Source: an uncultured bacterium (GTDB lineage Bacteria; CSSED10-310; CAZUFC01). Taken from it: a stretch of DNA of 64,000 nt. The stretch spans positions 21,708 through 85,707 of the forward strand of contig CAZUFC010000017.1 in assembly GCA_964619725.1 (NCBI GenBank), written 5' to 3'. The position numbers and the translations under genes were made by a program. Positions within the stretch are counted from its first letter, which is position 1, and each line of letters opens with the position of its first letter. A model generated the notes under the pieces. It saw only the letters and a program-made list of their open reading frames with translations. It searched no databases and had not been told where the DNA came from. Below are positions 1-7,892 of the stretch, piece by piece.

Positions 1-643
1 TTTTTGACTCTCCTGGCTGCATGCCGCATAGAGATTCTTCAAACTCAGTGCCCGGCAAGAATCTGCCCGTTCCCGGCTCGATATCCACATCGCCCGGACC
101 GAACAATACCGTCTCATCCTCTTCATCAATCCCCTCAAGATTTACTTGAAGTATGTCGCCTTCCTCCGACGGACGATCCGATACGGGAACCTGAATCGAA
201 TGCTGAGCCCGCAACTGCTCCAACTGGCGGTCAACCATTTCCTCGGTAACCGGCAGCTTTTCTCTTTTGACTCTGATGTTTTTATAATCGCCGAGGCTTA
301 TTTCCGGCAAGATTTCCACCGTTACCTGAAAAGAATAAGGTTTTTTCCATTCTACAGGATCATGTTCCACCAGGGGACTTCCTACAGCCCTTATCTCTTT
401 CTCTTCTAAAGCCTTGTCAGTGTATTTGCGAGCCAAATCGTCGCCAACCTGCTCATTAACGAGTTTGCCGAATCTCATCCTCATAATCCCGAATGGAACT
501 TTACCCACCCTGAAACCATCAACCTGCACCGTTTTTCGAAGTTCTCTATAAGCCTTCTCCAACTCTTCCATTACCTCTTCTTCAGACAACTCGATTTTCA
601 ACAACTTTTTCAGTCCCTCGAGCTCCTCAACCTCAACTTTCAT
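1..643 (-). CDS. tig: Trigger factor, 5' part (runs off the window edge)
   Basis: Not in the ORF track. Manual translation from the ATG at 643 (RBS GAGGTG) gives MKVEVEELEGLKKLLKIEL...DGFRVGKVP (ribosome-binding signature GFRxGKxP) and, at the window edge, GRFLPGTEFEESLCGMQPGESK (FKBP-like domain). Lies downstream of a tRNA-Leu, a common synteny. Confidence 0.93.
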   Translation of the reverse strand, partial: MKVEVEELEGLKKLLKIELSEEEVMEELEKAYRELRKTVQVDGFRVGKVPFGIMRMRFGKLVNEQVGDDLARKYTDKALEEKEIRAVGSPLVEHDPVEWKKPYSFQVTVEILPEISLGDYKNIRVKREKLPVTEEMVDRQLEQLRAQHSIQVPVSDRPSEEGDILQVNLEGIDEEDETVLFGPGDVDIEPGTGRFLPGTEFEESLCGMQPGESK

Positions 644-746
644 CAGTCACCTCAAATCTAATTTTACCTGGGACCAATTACCTTGCGTCCCCTCAAAATT
701 ATAATGTTTCCCGGCTTACAATCCTGTCATACCAAATCTATAAAAA

Positions 747-827
747 TGCGAGAGGGGGGACTCGAACCCCCACGGTTTTACCACTGGAACCTAAATCCAG
801 CGCGTCTGCCAGTTCCGCCACCCTCGC
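747..827 (-). tRNA. tRNA-Leu(TAG)
   Basis: Reverse complement is GCGAGGGTGGCGGAACTGGCAGACGCGCTGGATTTAGGTTCCAGTGGTAAAACCGTGGGGGTTCGAGTCCCCCCTCTCGCA. Anticodon arm CTGGA-TT-TAG-GT-TCCAG, long variable arm, GTTCGA T-loop; no encoded CCA. Confidence 0.96.
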
Positions 828-1053
828 CTTTACTGCCCGTCGCCGGCCCTCTTCAGACCTGGCCGCACGGTATAGCCGAACAGCAGAGTCAACATAAGTA
901 TCTTTCTCTAATAAGTCAAGCGCTTATAACTTGCAAGCCGTTTTTGAACGGAAAAAATTCCTTCCTCTAAACGCGGTCACCTTGCAGCTCCCCGCTCTAA
1001 AAACGCCTTTATGCTTTTCTGTTTTTCAACGAGCAGAAGTCCCGTCAGTCTCT

Positions 1054-1518
1054 TCAGTCGCGGACAATACCTCCCAAATGCTTCGAAGCCGGTTTGTGAG
1101 GCTTGTCCAGGTCCATCCTGATGCGGCCGCCGTCATATTTTCCGACTATGATCATCCCGTCGTTCCTCTGAAATAAACGGTCAACTTTCAGCTCATTCCA
1201 TTTGTCGTCCGCCTTCTTGTATAACTTCTTCTCCTTCAGCTCCATCTTGTACGACGCTTTACCGCATTCTATCTTCAAAGTATTGCCGTCTGCCGATTTC
1301 ATTATCTTGCAATCTTCCATTGGCGTCCACGGTTGTCCCGACATGACTTTTCCTTCCAATACCGTCCAATCTGAAGTCTTAGCCGCCGCCGGCGCCGCTT
1401 TCGCCGCCTTTTCCGTGTCGGCTTTCGGTTTTTCAGGTTGTTCCGTCCCGCACATGACAGCCTGAGAAAGCGCGAACAACAACAGAAAACTCAAAAAAAC
1501 CACAAAAAAACGATTCAT
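1054..1518 (-). CDS. Hypothetical exported, Lys-rich protein
   Basis: Likely start MNRFFVV at 1518 (GGAGGTG RBS), followed by a hydrophobic signal peptide and an Ala/Lys/Pro linker. No family recognised. Confidence 0.7.
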   Translation of the reverse strand: MNRFFVVFLSFLLLFALSQAVMCGTEQPEKPKADTEKAAKAAPAAAKTSDWTVLEGKVMSGQPWTPMEDCKIMKSADGNTLKIECGKASYKMELKEKKLYKKADDKWNELKVDRLFQRNDGMIIVGKYDGGRIRMDLDKPHKPASKHLGGIVRD

Positions 1519-1556
1519 AAAACACCTCCAAAGAGTTAAGGTCTCACATTCCGAAA

Positions 1557-2933
1557 TCAAACTATATAAATTATTCTTAAAAATGACAACACTATGCTGA
1601 TCCAGAAAATCGATAAAAGCACAGCCGTCGTCAGATTCTGCCGGTTTAGAACCAACAGTTCTTCCGGTTTATTCATTATGCACTGAAATCCTTTCAAAGT
1701 AAACAGAAAAAGAAAAGGCAGCATTGGAATTCTATATCTCGGCAACCCGTGTACGCAAAAATGGACGAAAGAATAATACACGATAAGCATAACGATCAGG
1801 TGTTTGAGAGGGGAGGATTCCGAACGTACGAGTCCTACGAGTGCGAGTGAAAGGAAAAAAATGTAAAGGAGACTGTTGAGTATCAGCAGAAGCGAGGCTG
1901 TATATTTGCATCCGTCGAGGTTGCTCAGTCTGAGGAAGTGTTGCAATCTTCCCCAGAGGTTGACGAAATGAACGACGCCCATTTTCAGGAAATCAACAGG
2001 ATTCTGCATGACGTGATCTTTTATTTCCCTGATCAATCTCTGATAATGTATGTATTCCTCGGTTTTCGTCTGATTTTCGTCCAATATTTTCAGTTTCCTG
2101 GTATGCAGTGCGTTCGGATTGAATTCCTTGAGCAGCCCAATGTTATTATCTTCCCTTCTTTCGGTGGTTTGATGCTCCAGGGTCCGGGCTACGCTGGTGT
2201 TGATGAGGATAAAACCTCCATGGAGCAGGTAATTTCTGACGGTCCACGGGCCAATGCATAAAAAGGCGCCCAGCAGAAGAAACGCCGCTCCTTTTTTCTT
2301 TGTCTTCGGCAACTTAAAGAAAGCGTACACTCCGCTTACAATTATAAAACCCGCCATGACGGAACGGGTCAGGGCTGCCGCTCCAAAGAGTATTCCTGCT
2401 CCCAGTCCGGCAAAACTCGATTTAAACATTCTGTTCAACAACAGAAAACCGCCGCTGATCAAAAAAATAAAAAGAATTTCCGTCATCAGATAACTGGGAA
2501 AAAAAATGAATACGGGATAGGACAAAAAGATCAGGGCGCCGACTGCTGCGGAAGGCGAGTCCTTCCATAAGCGCAGGCCGAGGATGTAAATCAAAAAAGC
2601 GATAATTAGAGACATGGCGATCTGTATTAGTCTGACGACAATGAGGGATTCACCGAAAATTGCGTATATGCCGGCCAGGAAGAAGGAATAGAGCGGAGGA
2701 CGAATGGAGGACCTGATGCCGTCGTGAAGGTACAAACCATACTGTACAAGGCCCTGAGCCGAACCGTGATAGAAATGACCGTCGAAATGAATGGGAGCAG
2801 CAGGGAGACTGAAAACGCAGATCAGTTTAAGTATCGTTGAAACCGCAATGATGAAAACAGCGAACCGATAAAACCGCCGGTTTTTGTCCTTCCGACGGCT
2901 GCGCTTTGAATGTAGATATGAATCTTTCGTCAT
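1557..2933 (-). CDS. GT-C membrane glycosyltransferase (ArnT/PMT-like, GT39/GT83)
   Basis: Multi-TM protein with an Asp after TM1 (HFDGHFY), RPPLY, the motifs LMTEILF, AALTRS and PWTVRNY, and a late PRYRIP motif. Confidence 0.82.
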   Translation of the reverse strand: MTKDSYLHSKRSRRKDKNRRFYRFAVFIIAVSTILKLICVFSLPAAPIHFDGHFYHGSAQGLVQYGLYLHDGIRSSIRPPLYSFFLAGIYAIFGESLIVVRLIQIAMSLIIAFLIYILGLRLWKDSPSAAVGALIFLSYPVFIFFPSYLMTEILFIFLISGGFLLLNRMFKSSFAGLGAGILFGAAALTRSVMAGFIIVSGVYAFFKLPKTKKKGAAFLLLGAFLCIGPWTVRNYLLHGGFILINTSVARTLEHQTTERREDNNIGLLKEFNPNALHTRKLKILDENQTKTEEYIHYQRLIREIKDHVMQNPVDFLKMGVVHFVNLWGRLQHFLRLSNLDGCKYTASLLLILNSLLYIFFLSLALVGLVRSESSPLKHLIVMLIVYYSFVHFCVHGLPRYRIPMLPFLFLFTLKGFQCIMNKPEELLVLNRQNLTTAVLLSIFWISIVLSFLRIIYIV

Positions 2934-3018
2934 CGTCTTATATCACGGCATATGTTATTGTTATAAAATCTCTTTTTAGGCCGTAGCGGAATAAAAAAAA
3001 GCGCTGCCCGGCAACGAA

Positions 3019-4728
3019 TTACATTTTTTCCAGAGCTTTAATTCCCAGAAGATTCAACCCGTTTTTCAATATCTGCCTTACGGACTGAATAAGAAGCAAT
3101 CGGTTTGAGCGGACCGGTTCTTCGCTCTGCAGGACGCGATGAGTATGATAAAAGCTGTTGAACTTGGAAGCCAGGTCAAGCAGATAATTGCTGAGAACCG
3201 ACGGTTCGAATTCATTTGCTGCCTGCTGTACGGTCTCCGGAAAGGCTGCAGCCGCCATCAGCAGCCGTTTGACCTCCGGGTCGGCAAACTGGTCCGGAAC
3301 AAGAGCGCTGACTTCAGGAACATCTTCCGCTTTCCTGAGTATGCTGCAAATGCGGGCGTGGGAATACTGCAGATAAGGCCCTGTTTCACCCTCGAAACTC
3401 AACATCTGATCGTAATCGAAAGTAATATCCCGCACGCGTTTGTTTTTCAGATCGTTAAAAATCAAAGCGCCGATTCCCACGGCCTCCGAAACGGCATCAA
3501 TTTCACTGTCATCTGAAAACCGGCCGGCATGCAGGCCGCTCACGATCTTTTCCCGCGCCTTTTTCACGGCTTCATTTATAACGTCCTTGAGGAACACGAC
3601 CGTTCCCTTCCGGGTGCTCATTCCGATAATATGTCCGAATGAAACGTGGTGCATGTTTTCAGCCCAGGGATAGCCCAAAAGTTCGCATACTTTGAATAAT
3701 TGTTGGAAATGAAGCGATTGGGGGGTTCCGGTGACGTAAAGCGCCAGATTGAATTTGTATTCCTGCGCCCTGTATTCTGCAGCAGCCAGGTCCCGGGTGC
3801 CGTAAAGGGTCGTGCCGTCGGATTTGCGGACCAGAAAAGGCGGCAGATCATACCTGTCCAGCGGAACGATCCAGGCTCCCTGACTTTCCTGAAGCAACGA
3901 TCTGTTCTGAAGATGTTCAATAGCGGATTCCATTTTATCCGTGTAAAAACTCTCACCGGTGTAAGCATCAAATTCCACGCCCAAACGGTCGTATATCTTT
4001 TTCAACTCATCAAGACTTTTACTCTTTAATTTTTCCCATAACCGCGAAGCTTCTGAATCGCCTTCCTCAAGCCTCCGAAACCAGGAACGCGCCTCATCGC
4101 GATACGTCTCATCCTGCTCCATAAGCCTGTTATACTCGACATACAGCCGGTAGCAGTATTTGATCGAGTCTTCGTCGAGTTTTCTTTCATCGCCTGTTTT
4201 TTTCAGAGCTGCCAGCATGACGCCGAACTGGGTTCCCCAATCGCCCAGGTGGTTGATTCCCATGCAATTCCAGCCGAGATACCGGAAAATCCGATACAGG
4301 GCGGCGCCGATCATCGTCGAGCGAATATGTCCTATGCCCAAGGGTTTGGCTATGTTCGGCGAAGAATAATCAATTACGACAGTTTTGCCGCTGCCTTCTT
4401 CCGATGAACCATACTCAGCGCCACTCTCATGCACTTCCCGCAACGTCCTTTCCGCCAAATATGCCTCATCAATAAAAAAATTGACATAGGGCCCAGCCAC
4501 GCGAATCTCTCTAAATGGATGAATTTCCCCTTTCCCGATTGAACCGACCAGTTCTTTTGCCGTCTCATTAGGATTCAGACCGGAAAGACGATATTTAAAA
4601 CACCCGAATGCGATATCTCCTAATTTCGGATCAGGCGGCGTTCCCAAAGCCTCATACAATTGTAACGTATCTGCTTCAAAGTAAGGTTTTAAAAGCTCTA
4701 TCGCCGCTCTCCTGTATTCAGTAATCAT
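3019..4728 (-). CDS. argS: Arginine--tRNA ligase
   Basis: IDYSSPNIAKPLGIGHIRST (HIGH-motif variant GIGH), NHLGDWGTQFG, MSTRKG, GETGPYLQYSHARICSI, and C-terminal GLNLLGIKALEKM. Confidence 0.97.
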   Translation of the reverse strand: MITEYRRAAIELLKPYFEADTLQLYEALGTPPDPKLGDIAFGCFKYRLSGLNPNETAKELVGSIGKGEIHPFREIRVAGPYVNFFIDEAYLAERTLREVHESGAEYGSSEEGSGKTVVIDYSSPNIAKPLGIGHIRSTMIGAALYRIFRYLGWNCMGINHLGDWGTQFGVMLAALKKTGDERKLDEDSIKYCYRLYVEYNRLMEQDETYRDEARSWFRRLEEGDSEASRLWEKLKSKSLDELKKIYDRLGVEFDAYTGESFYTDKMESAIEHLQNRSLLQESQGAWIVPLDRYDLPPFLVRKSDGTTLYGTRDLAAAEYRAQEYKFNLALYVTGTPQSLHFQQLFKVCELLGYPWAENMHHVSFGHIIGMSTRKGTVVFLKDVINEAVKKAREKIVSGLHAGRFSDDSEIDAVSEAVGIGALIFNDLKNKRVRDITFDYDQMLSFEGETGPYLQYSHARICSILRKAEDVPEVSALVPDQFADPEVKRLLMAAAAFPETVQQAANEFEPSVLSNYLLDLASKFNSFYHTHRVLQSEEPVRSNRLLLIQSVRQILKNGLNLLGIKALEKM

Positions 4729-4749
4729 TAATTCCCGCTCCCTTATTCC

Positions 4750-5121
4750 TCATTTGACATACGAAGTCCTCAACAGGGATACATTGTCTATTATTTCCAC
4801 TCGGTATATGTCCATTTCAAGCTTCTCGGTCTTCTCTTCCACTATACCGTATAAAACTCTGGCAAAATCCTCTATCAATACCATTGTCCCCTGGAACTCC
4901 GGCAAATCAGTCAGATTGATGCCGTCATATCTCTGTACGCAATTCTGAATGATATCCTCAATCTCCCGTGAAGGCAAAAAATGCGCCTTCGTCTGAGAAA
5001 CTTTTAATCGAAAATGAAAACGGATCGTTAAATCATGCTCATGAAGCACACTATCGTCCTGGTCGGAATCAACTATCTTGTGCATGGGACGAACTTTAGC
5101 CTCCGCAGCCAGTTCATACAT
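4750..5121 (-). CDS. Divergent QueD/6-pyruvoyltetrahydropterin synthase-like T-fold protein
   Basis: MYEL...PMH...LHEH...YDGINLTDLPEF...IEDFARVLY parallels QueD MYEL...AAH...CxxLHGH...LDHxYLNDLPEF...AENIARxIY. The catalytic Cys is missing. Confidence 0.65.
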   Translation of the reverse strand: MYELAAEAKVRPMHKIVDSDQDDSVLHEHDLTIRFHFRLKVSQTKAHFLPSREIEDIIQNCVQRYDGINLTDLPEFQGTMVLIEDFARVLYGIVEEKTEKLEMDIYRVEIIDNVSLLRTSYVK

Positions 5122-5258
5122 GAGACTCTCCCCTTCCTGTAATTCCAGAGTCCATATTCCGGTTCATCAAACCAACCATCCCCCGACAATCGGATCGCCG
5201 GCTCATCACATAGCGCTCCCTCAACCTGAAATTCGAGACGCCTTTCATATGAAAGCAT

Positions 5259-5288
5259 AAAAGGCTGCAGCAACCTTGCTGCAGCCCT
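5259..5288 (-). terminator. Intrinsic terminator after tRNA-Val
   Basis: GGCTGCAGCAA-GG-TTGCTGCAGCC hairpin followed by a T-run on the minus strand. Confidence 0.75.
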
Positions 5289-5294
5289 GTATTA

Positions 5295-5366
5295 TGGGCG
5301 ATACAGGATTTGAACCTGTGACACCCGCCGTGTGAGGACGGTGCTCTCCCCCTGAGCTAATCGCCC
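5295..5366 (-). tRNA. tRNA-Val(CAC)
   Basis: Reverse complement is GGGCGATTAGCTCAGGGGGAGAGCACCGTCCTCACACGGCGGGTGTCACAGGTTCAAATCCTGTATCGCCCA. Anticodon CAC; no encoded CCA; upstream TTGACT-N17-TTTAAT promoter. Confidence 0.96.
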
Positions 5367-5453
5367 TGTTGAACCGATTAAAACACCACGCTGCCCAAAA
5401 GTCAAGACCATTTAATATTCCGACTCATTCGCCCGATTCTGAGCATATGACGT

Positions 5454-6578
5454 CTACAAATTATTGATTATTATTTCCATCTTTCGGCGAACGCTTTCCG
5501 TAAAGAGCGCCAGTTTTTCCATGATCTCATGGATATCCTCTCTGAAAAGGAAATATCCGGCTGCAGCGGCTATAACCGCCAGACACAGAAGATAAATCCC
5601 GGCCTTCCTTCGAAAAGATAATACTGTCTCGGTCTTATCCGCGGTCCCCGACTTTCTCGATTTCATGTTCTTTTTGTGCATCTCGCCGATTCTTCGTTTC
5701 AAATAATTTTTTACGGTCGACCGGTCAGCGGCAAAATATCCTAAATTTCGTATCACCACATTTATGTTCTCAAAACGCTCTTCAGGATATGTTTTCAGCA
5801 TTCCCTCCAACAAAGCGCTCAATTCCGGATCAAACTTTGACGGCAGAGGCCTGGGCTTTGTTTTAGTTTTTATGTTGATTACGCGGAAGATATCTTCATT
5901 TTTCTTGATCGAAAACGGCAACTTTTTCGTCAACATCTCGTAAGTCATCAACCCCAAAGAATAAATATCGGATCGCTCATCAAGCTCCTGCCCTCTTTTT
6001 CCTTCAAGCTGTTCGGGTGACATGTAAGCGGGAGTGCCGACCATGAATCCGGTCTGCGTCAAAGCGATGTTTTCAGTCCTGGCTATGCCGAAATCCGTTA
6101 ATTTAATGATTCCCTTTTTCGAAATGAGGATGTTGTCCGGCTTCAGGTCTCGATGGAGAATATTTTTTTTATGAATGTAGGCCAGAGATTTTGCAATAAT
6201 GAGCGCTATGCCTGTCGCTGTCTCCTCCGGCAAAGGACCGTTTTTTCTTATAAGCTCTCGCAGTGATATCCCGTCAATGAATTCCATTATTATCTGACAC
6301 GTTCCCATTTCCTCAAGAAAATCGTAAACCCTGACCACGTTGGGATGCTTGATTCCTTTGATTGCTTCATATTCATATTTGAATCTAAGTTTGGTCTCTC
6401 GCTTGTCCGTCAATTCAAGGCGCAGCTCCTTCATGGCCAGAGTCCGGTTTCCGGCATCTTTAACCTGGTATATCCGGGACATACCGCCCTTCGCAGACTG
6501 GCAAACAACCCGATAACCGCCTATCTCAAAGCCCTTTGAATAAACAGGACTCCTTTTCTTTCCTCTTTGCGTCGTCAT
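5454..6578 (-). CDS. Hanks-type Ser/Thr protein kinase with C-terminal TM helix
   Basis: KGGMSRIY, LAMKEL, HRDLKPDN, DFG and GTPAYMSPE motifs. One TM segment near the C-terminus and no sizeable extracellular domain. Confidence 0.93.
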   Translation of the reverse strand: MTTQRGKKRSPVYSKGFEIGGYRVVCQSAKGGMSRIYQVKDAGNRTLAMKELRLELTDKRETKLRFKYEYEAIKGIKHPNVVRVYDFLEEMGTCQIIMEFIDGISLRELIRKNGPLPEETATGIALIIAKSLAYIHKKNILHRDLKPDNILISKKGIIKLTDFGIARTENIALTQTGFMVGTPAYMSPEQLEGKRGQELDERSDIYSLGLMTYEMLTKKLPFSIKKNEDIFRVINIKTKTKPRPLPSKFDPELSALLEGMLKTYPEERFENINVVIRNLGYFAADRSTVKNYLKRRIGEMHKKNMKSRKSGTADKTETVLSFRRKAGIYLLCLAVIAAAAGYFLFREDIHEIMEKLALFTESVRRKMEIIINNL

Positions 6579-6996
6579 GATGGTTCTAAAATTTTCCGGC
6601 CTGCCTCCTTCTTCTTTTTAATCTTATAAACATAATCGGTCACCCGGAAAACAAATTACCCTGTTGCAGCCGGCGAACAGACCCGACCGCAAGGCAGAAC
6701 AACAATATATTATACTTCTCGCCGCCTCAAGAGCTATTCATGTTTCTGTTTCTGTCCTGAGACGCAATCCGGCGTCGAGGATTTAACCAGCGCCTCAGAA
6801 TAGTGAAAAAAACAGACGGTTCGTTTTTTGTCGGATAAAATTAATTTTTAATGCTTGAGATACTCATCAGCCCCTGTCCGCTGAGTCTTTGTGCGTGAAA
6901 AACATAATGCGGCAGCGTAGCTCTTTATTGTTTTTGCCGGCGTTTCGCATTGACATGAATCCGCCTGATATGTTAAATAATTGATGTTTTGAGGAA

Positions 6997-7809
6997 ATGA
7001 GCAGCAATAAACCAAACTATGCGGGAGCGATTATGAATAAAGTTCTTATCGTCGAAGACAACAGACAATTTTTGGATGATGTCGCCCGATCATTGGAAAT
7101 GAGAGGATATAAGGCGCTGAAGGCTGAAAACGGGAGACAGGCTTTGCAACAGATCGAAGAAAACAAAGATATTCTGCTGATGATACTGGATGTTGTTCTT
7201 CCCGATTTTAACGCTATGGAAATACTGCAAAAGATTTCCAGATTGGATCGCAAGGTTCCGGTGGTCATTTGCACGGTGAGAGATAAATTAGTGCAAGAGT
7301 ATGAATTCACTTTTCCATTTGTACGCGGATTCATTTCGAAACGAATGGGCATCAGAAAAATTATCGATCAGATCGAAAACGTCCTGGCTGGAAGTAAAGT
7401 TGAAGCCATACCGGAAACTGAAGAAAACGCCAATGTGAAAAGAGTTTCGATGGAACTGAGGAAAAAATTGAACCTGGAGGATGGAAGCGGGAAAGAAATC
7501 GTCGATAAGCTACTTTACCTTGCCGATCTTCAGAATATCAACAGAATCGTGCTGGACATCAAAGGTATGCATTGTCGGGTGGCCCTGCTCTCTGACGACA
7601 TGGAAGCAAGCAGCTTTACTTGTACCGAATCCATTTTCGGAATAATCGGCAGGCGATTGGAGATAATGGCTAATCTTCCTCTGTCGCAGCCTGCAGTAGA
7701 AGTTAAGGGTAATTTCGACGTTGTGGTTAACGGAAGAAAAAGCTCTTATACGCTTATAAGAAACTGGATGGGGACGACCAAGGTTTTCTCTCTGGAAAAA
7801 AACGCCTGA
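6997..7809 (+). CDS. Response regulator: receiver plus degenerate GspE/PilB N2-like domain
   Basis: Receiver motifs LIVEDN, ILDVVLP, ICT and FISK. The C-terminal IIGRRLEIMANLPLSQPAVEVKGNFDVVVNGR resembles GspE [24 protein letters not shown]. Start may be the ATG at 7033. Confidence 0.8.
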   Translation: MSSNKPNYAGAIMNKVLIVEDNRQFLDDVARSLEMRGYKALKAENGRQALQQIEENKDILLMILDVVLPDFNAMEILQKISRLDRKVPVVICTVRDKLVQEYEFTFPFVRGFISKRMGIRKIIDQIENVLAGSKVEAIPETEENANVKRVSMELRKKLNLEDGSGKEIVDKLLYLADLQNINRIVLDIKGMHCRVALLSDDMEASSFTCTESIFGIIGRRLEIMANLPLSQPAVEVKGNFDVVVNGRKSSYTLIRNWMGTTKVFSLEKNA

Positions 7810-7892
7810 CGGGGACGGGGATGCTCGCCCCTTATTCCAAATCGTGGGACTTCACAATTAGTTTAATAATCTGGTCTTTTTCGGGAGGAGCT

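Noticed and set aside
683-970. 95-aa plus-strand ORF
   Set aside because: It is antisense to tRNA-Leu (MREGGLEPP is the typical tRNA shadow translation).
4340-4365. ArgS GIGH instead of HIGH as a sign of inactivation
   Set aside because: All other motifs are intact, and first-position variation in HIGH occurs in class I synthetases.
5122-5258. preQ1 riboswitch upstream of the QueD-like gene, or the 66-aa ORF 5073-5273
   Set aside because: No preQ1 stem/A-tract consensus. The ORF starts inside the terminator and overlaps the QueD-like gene out of frame.
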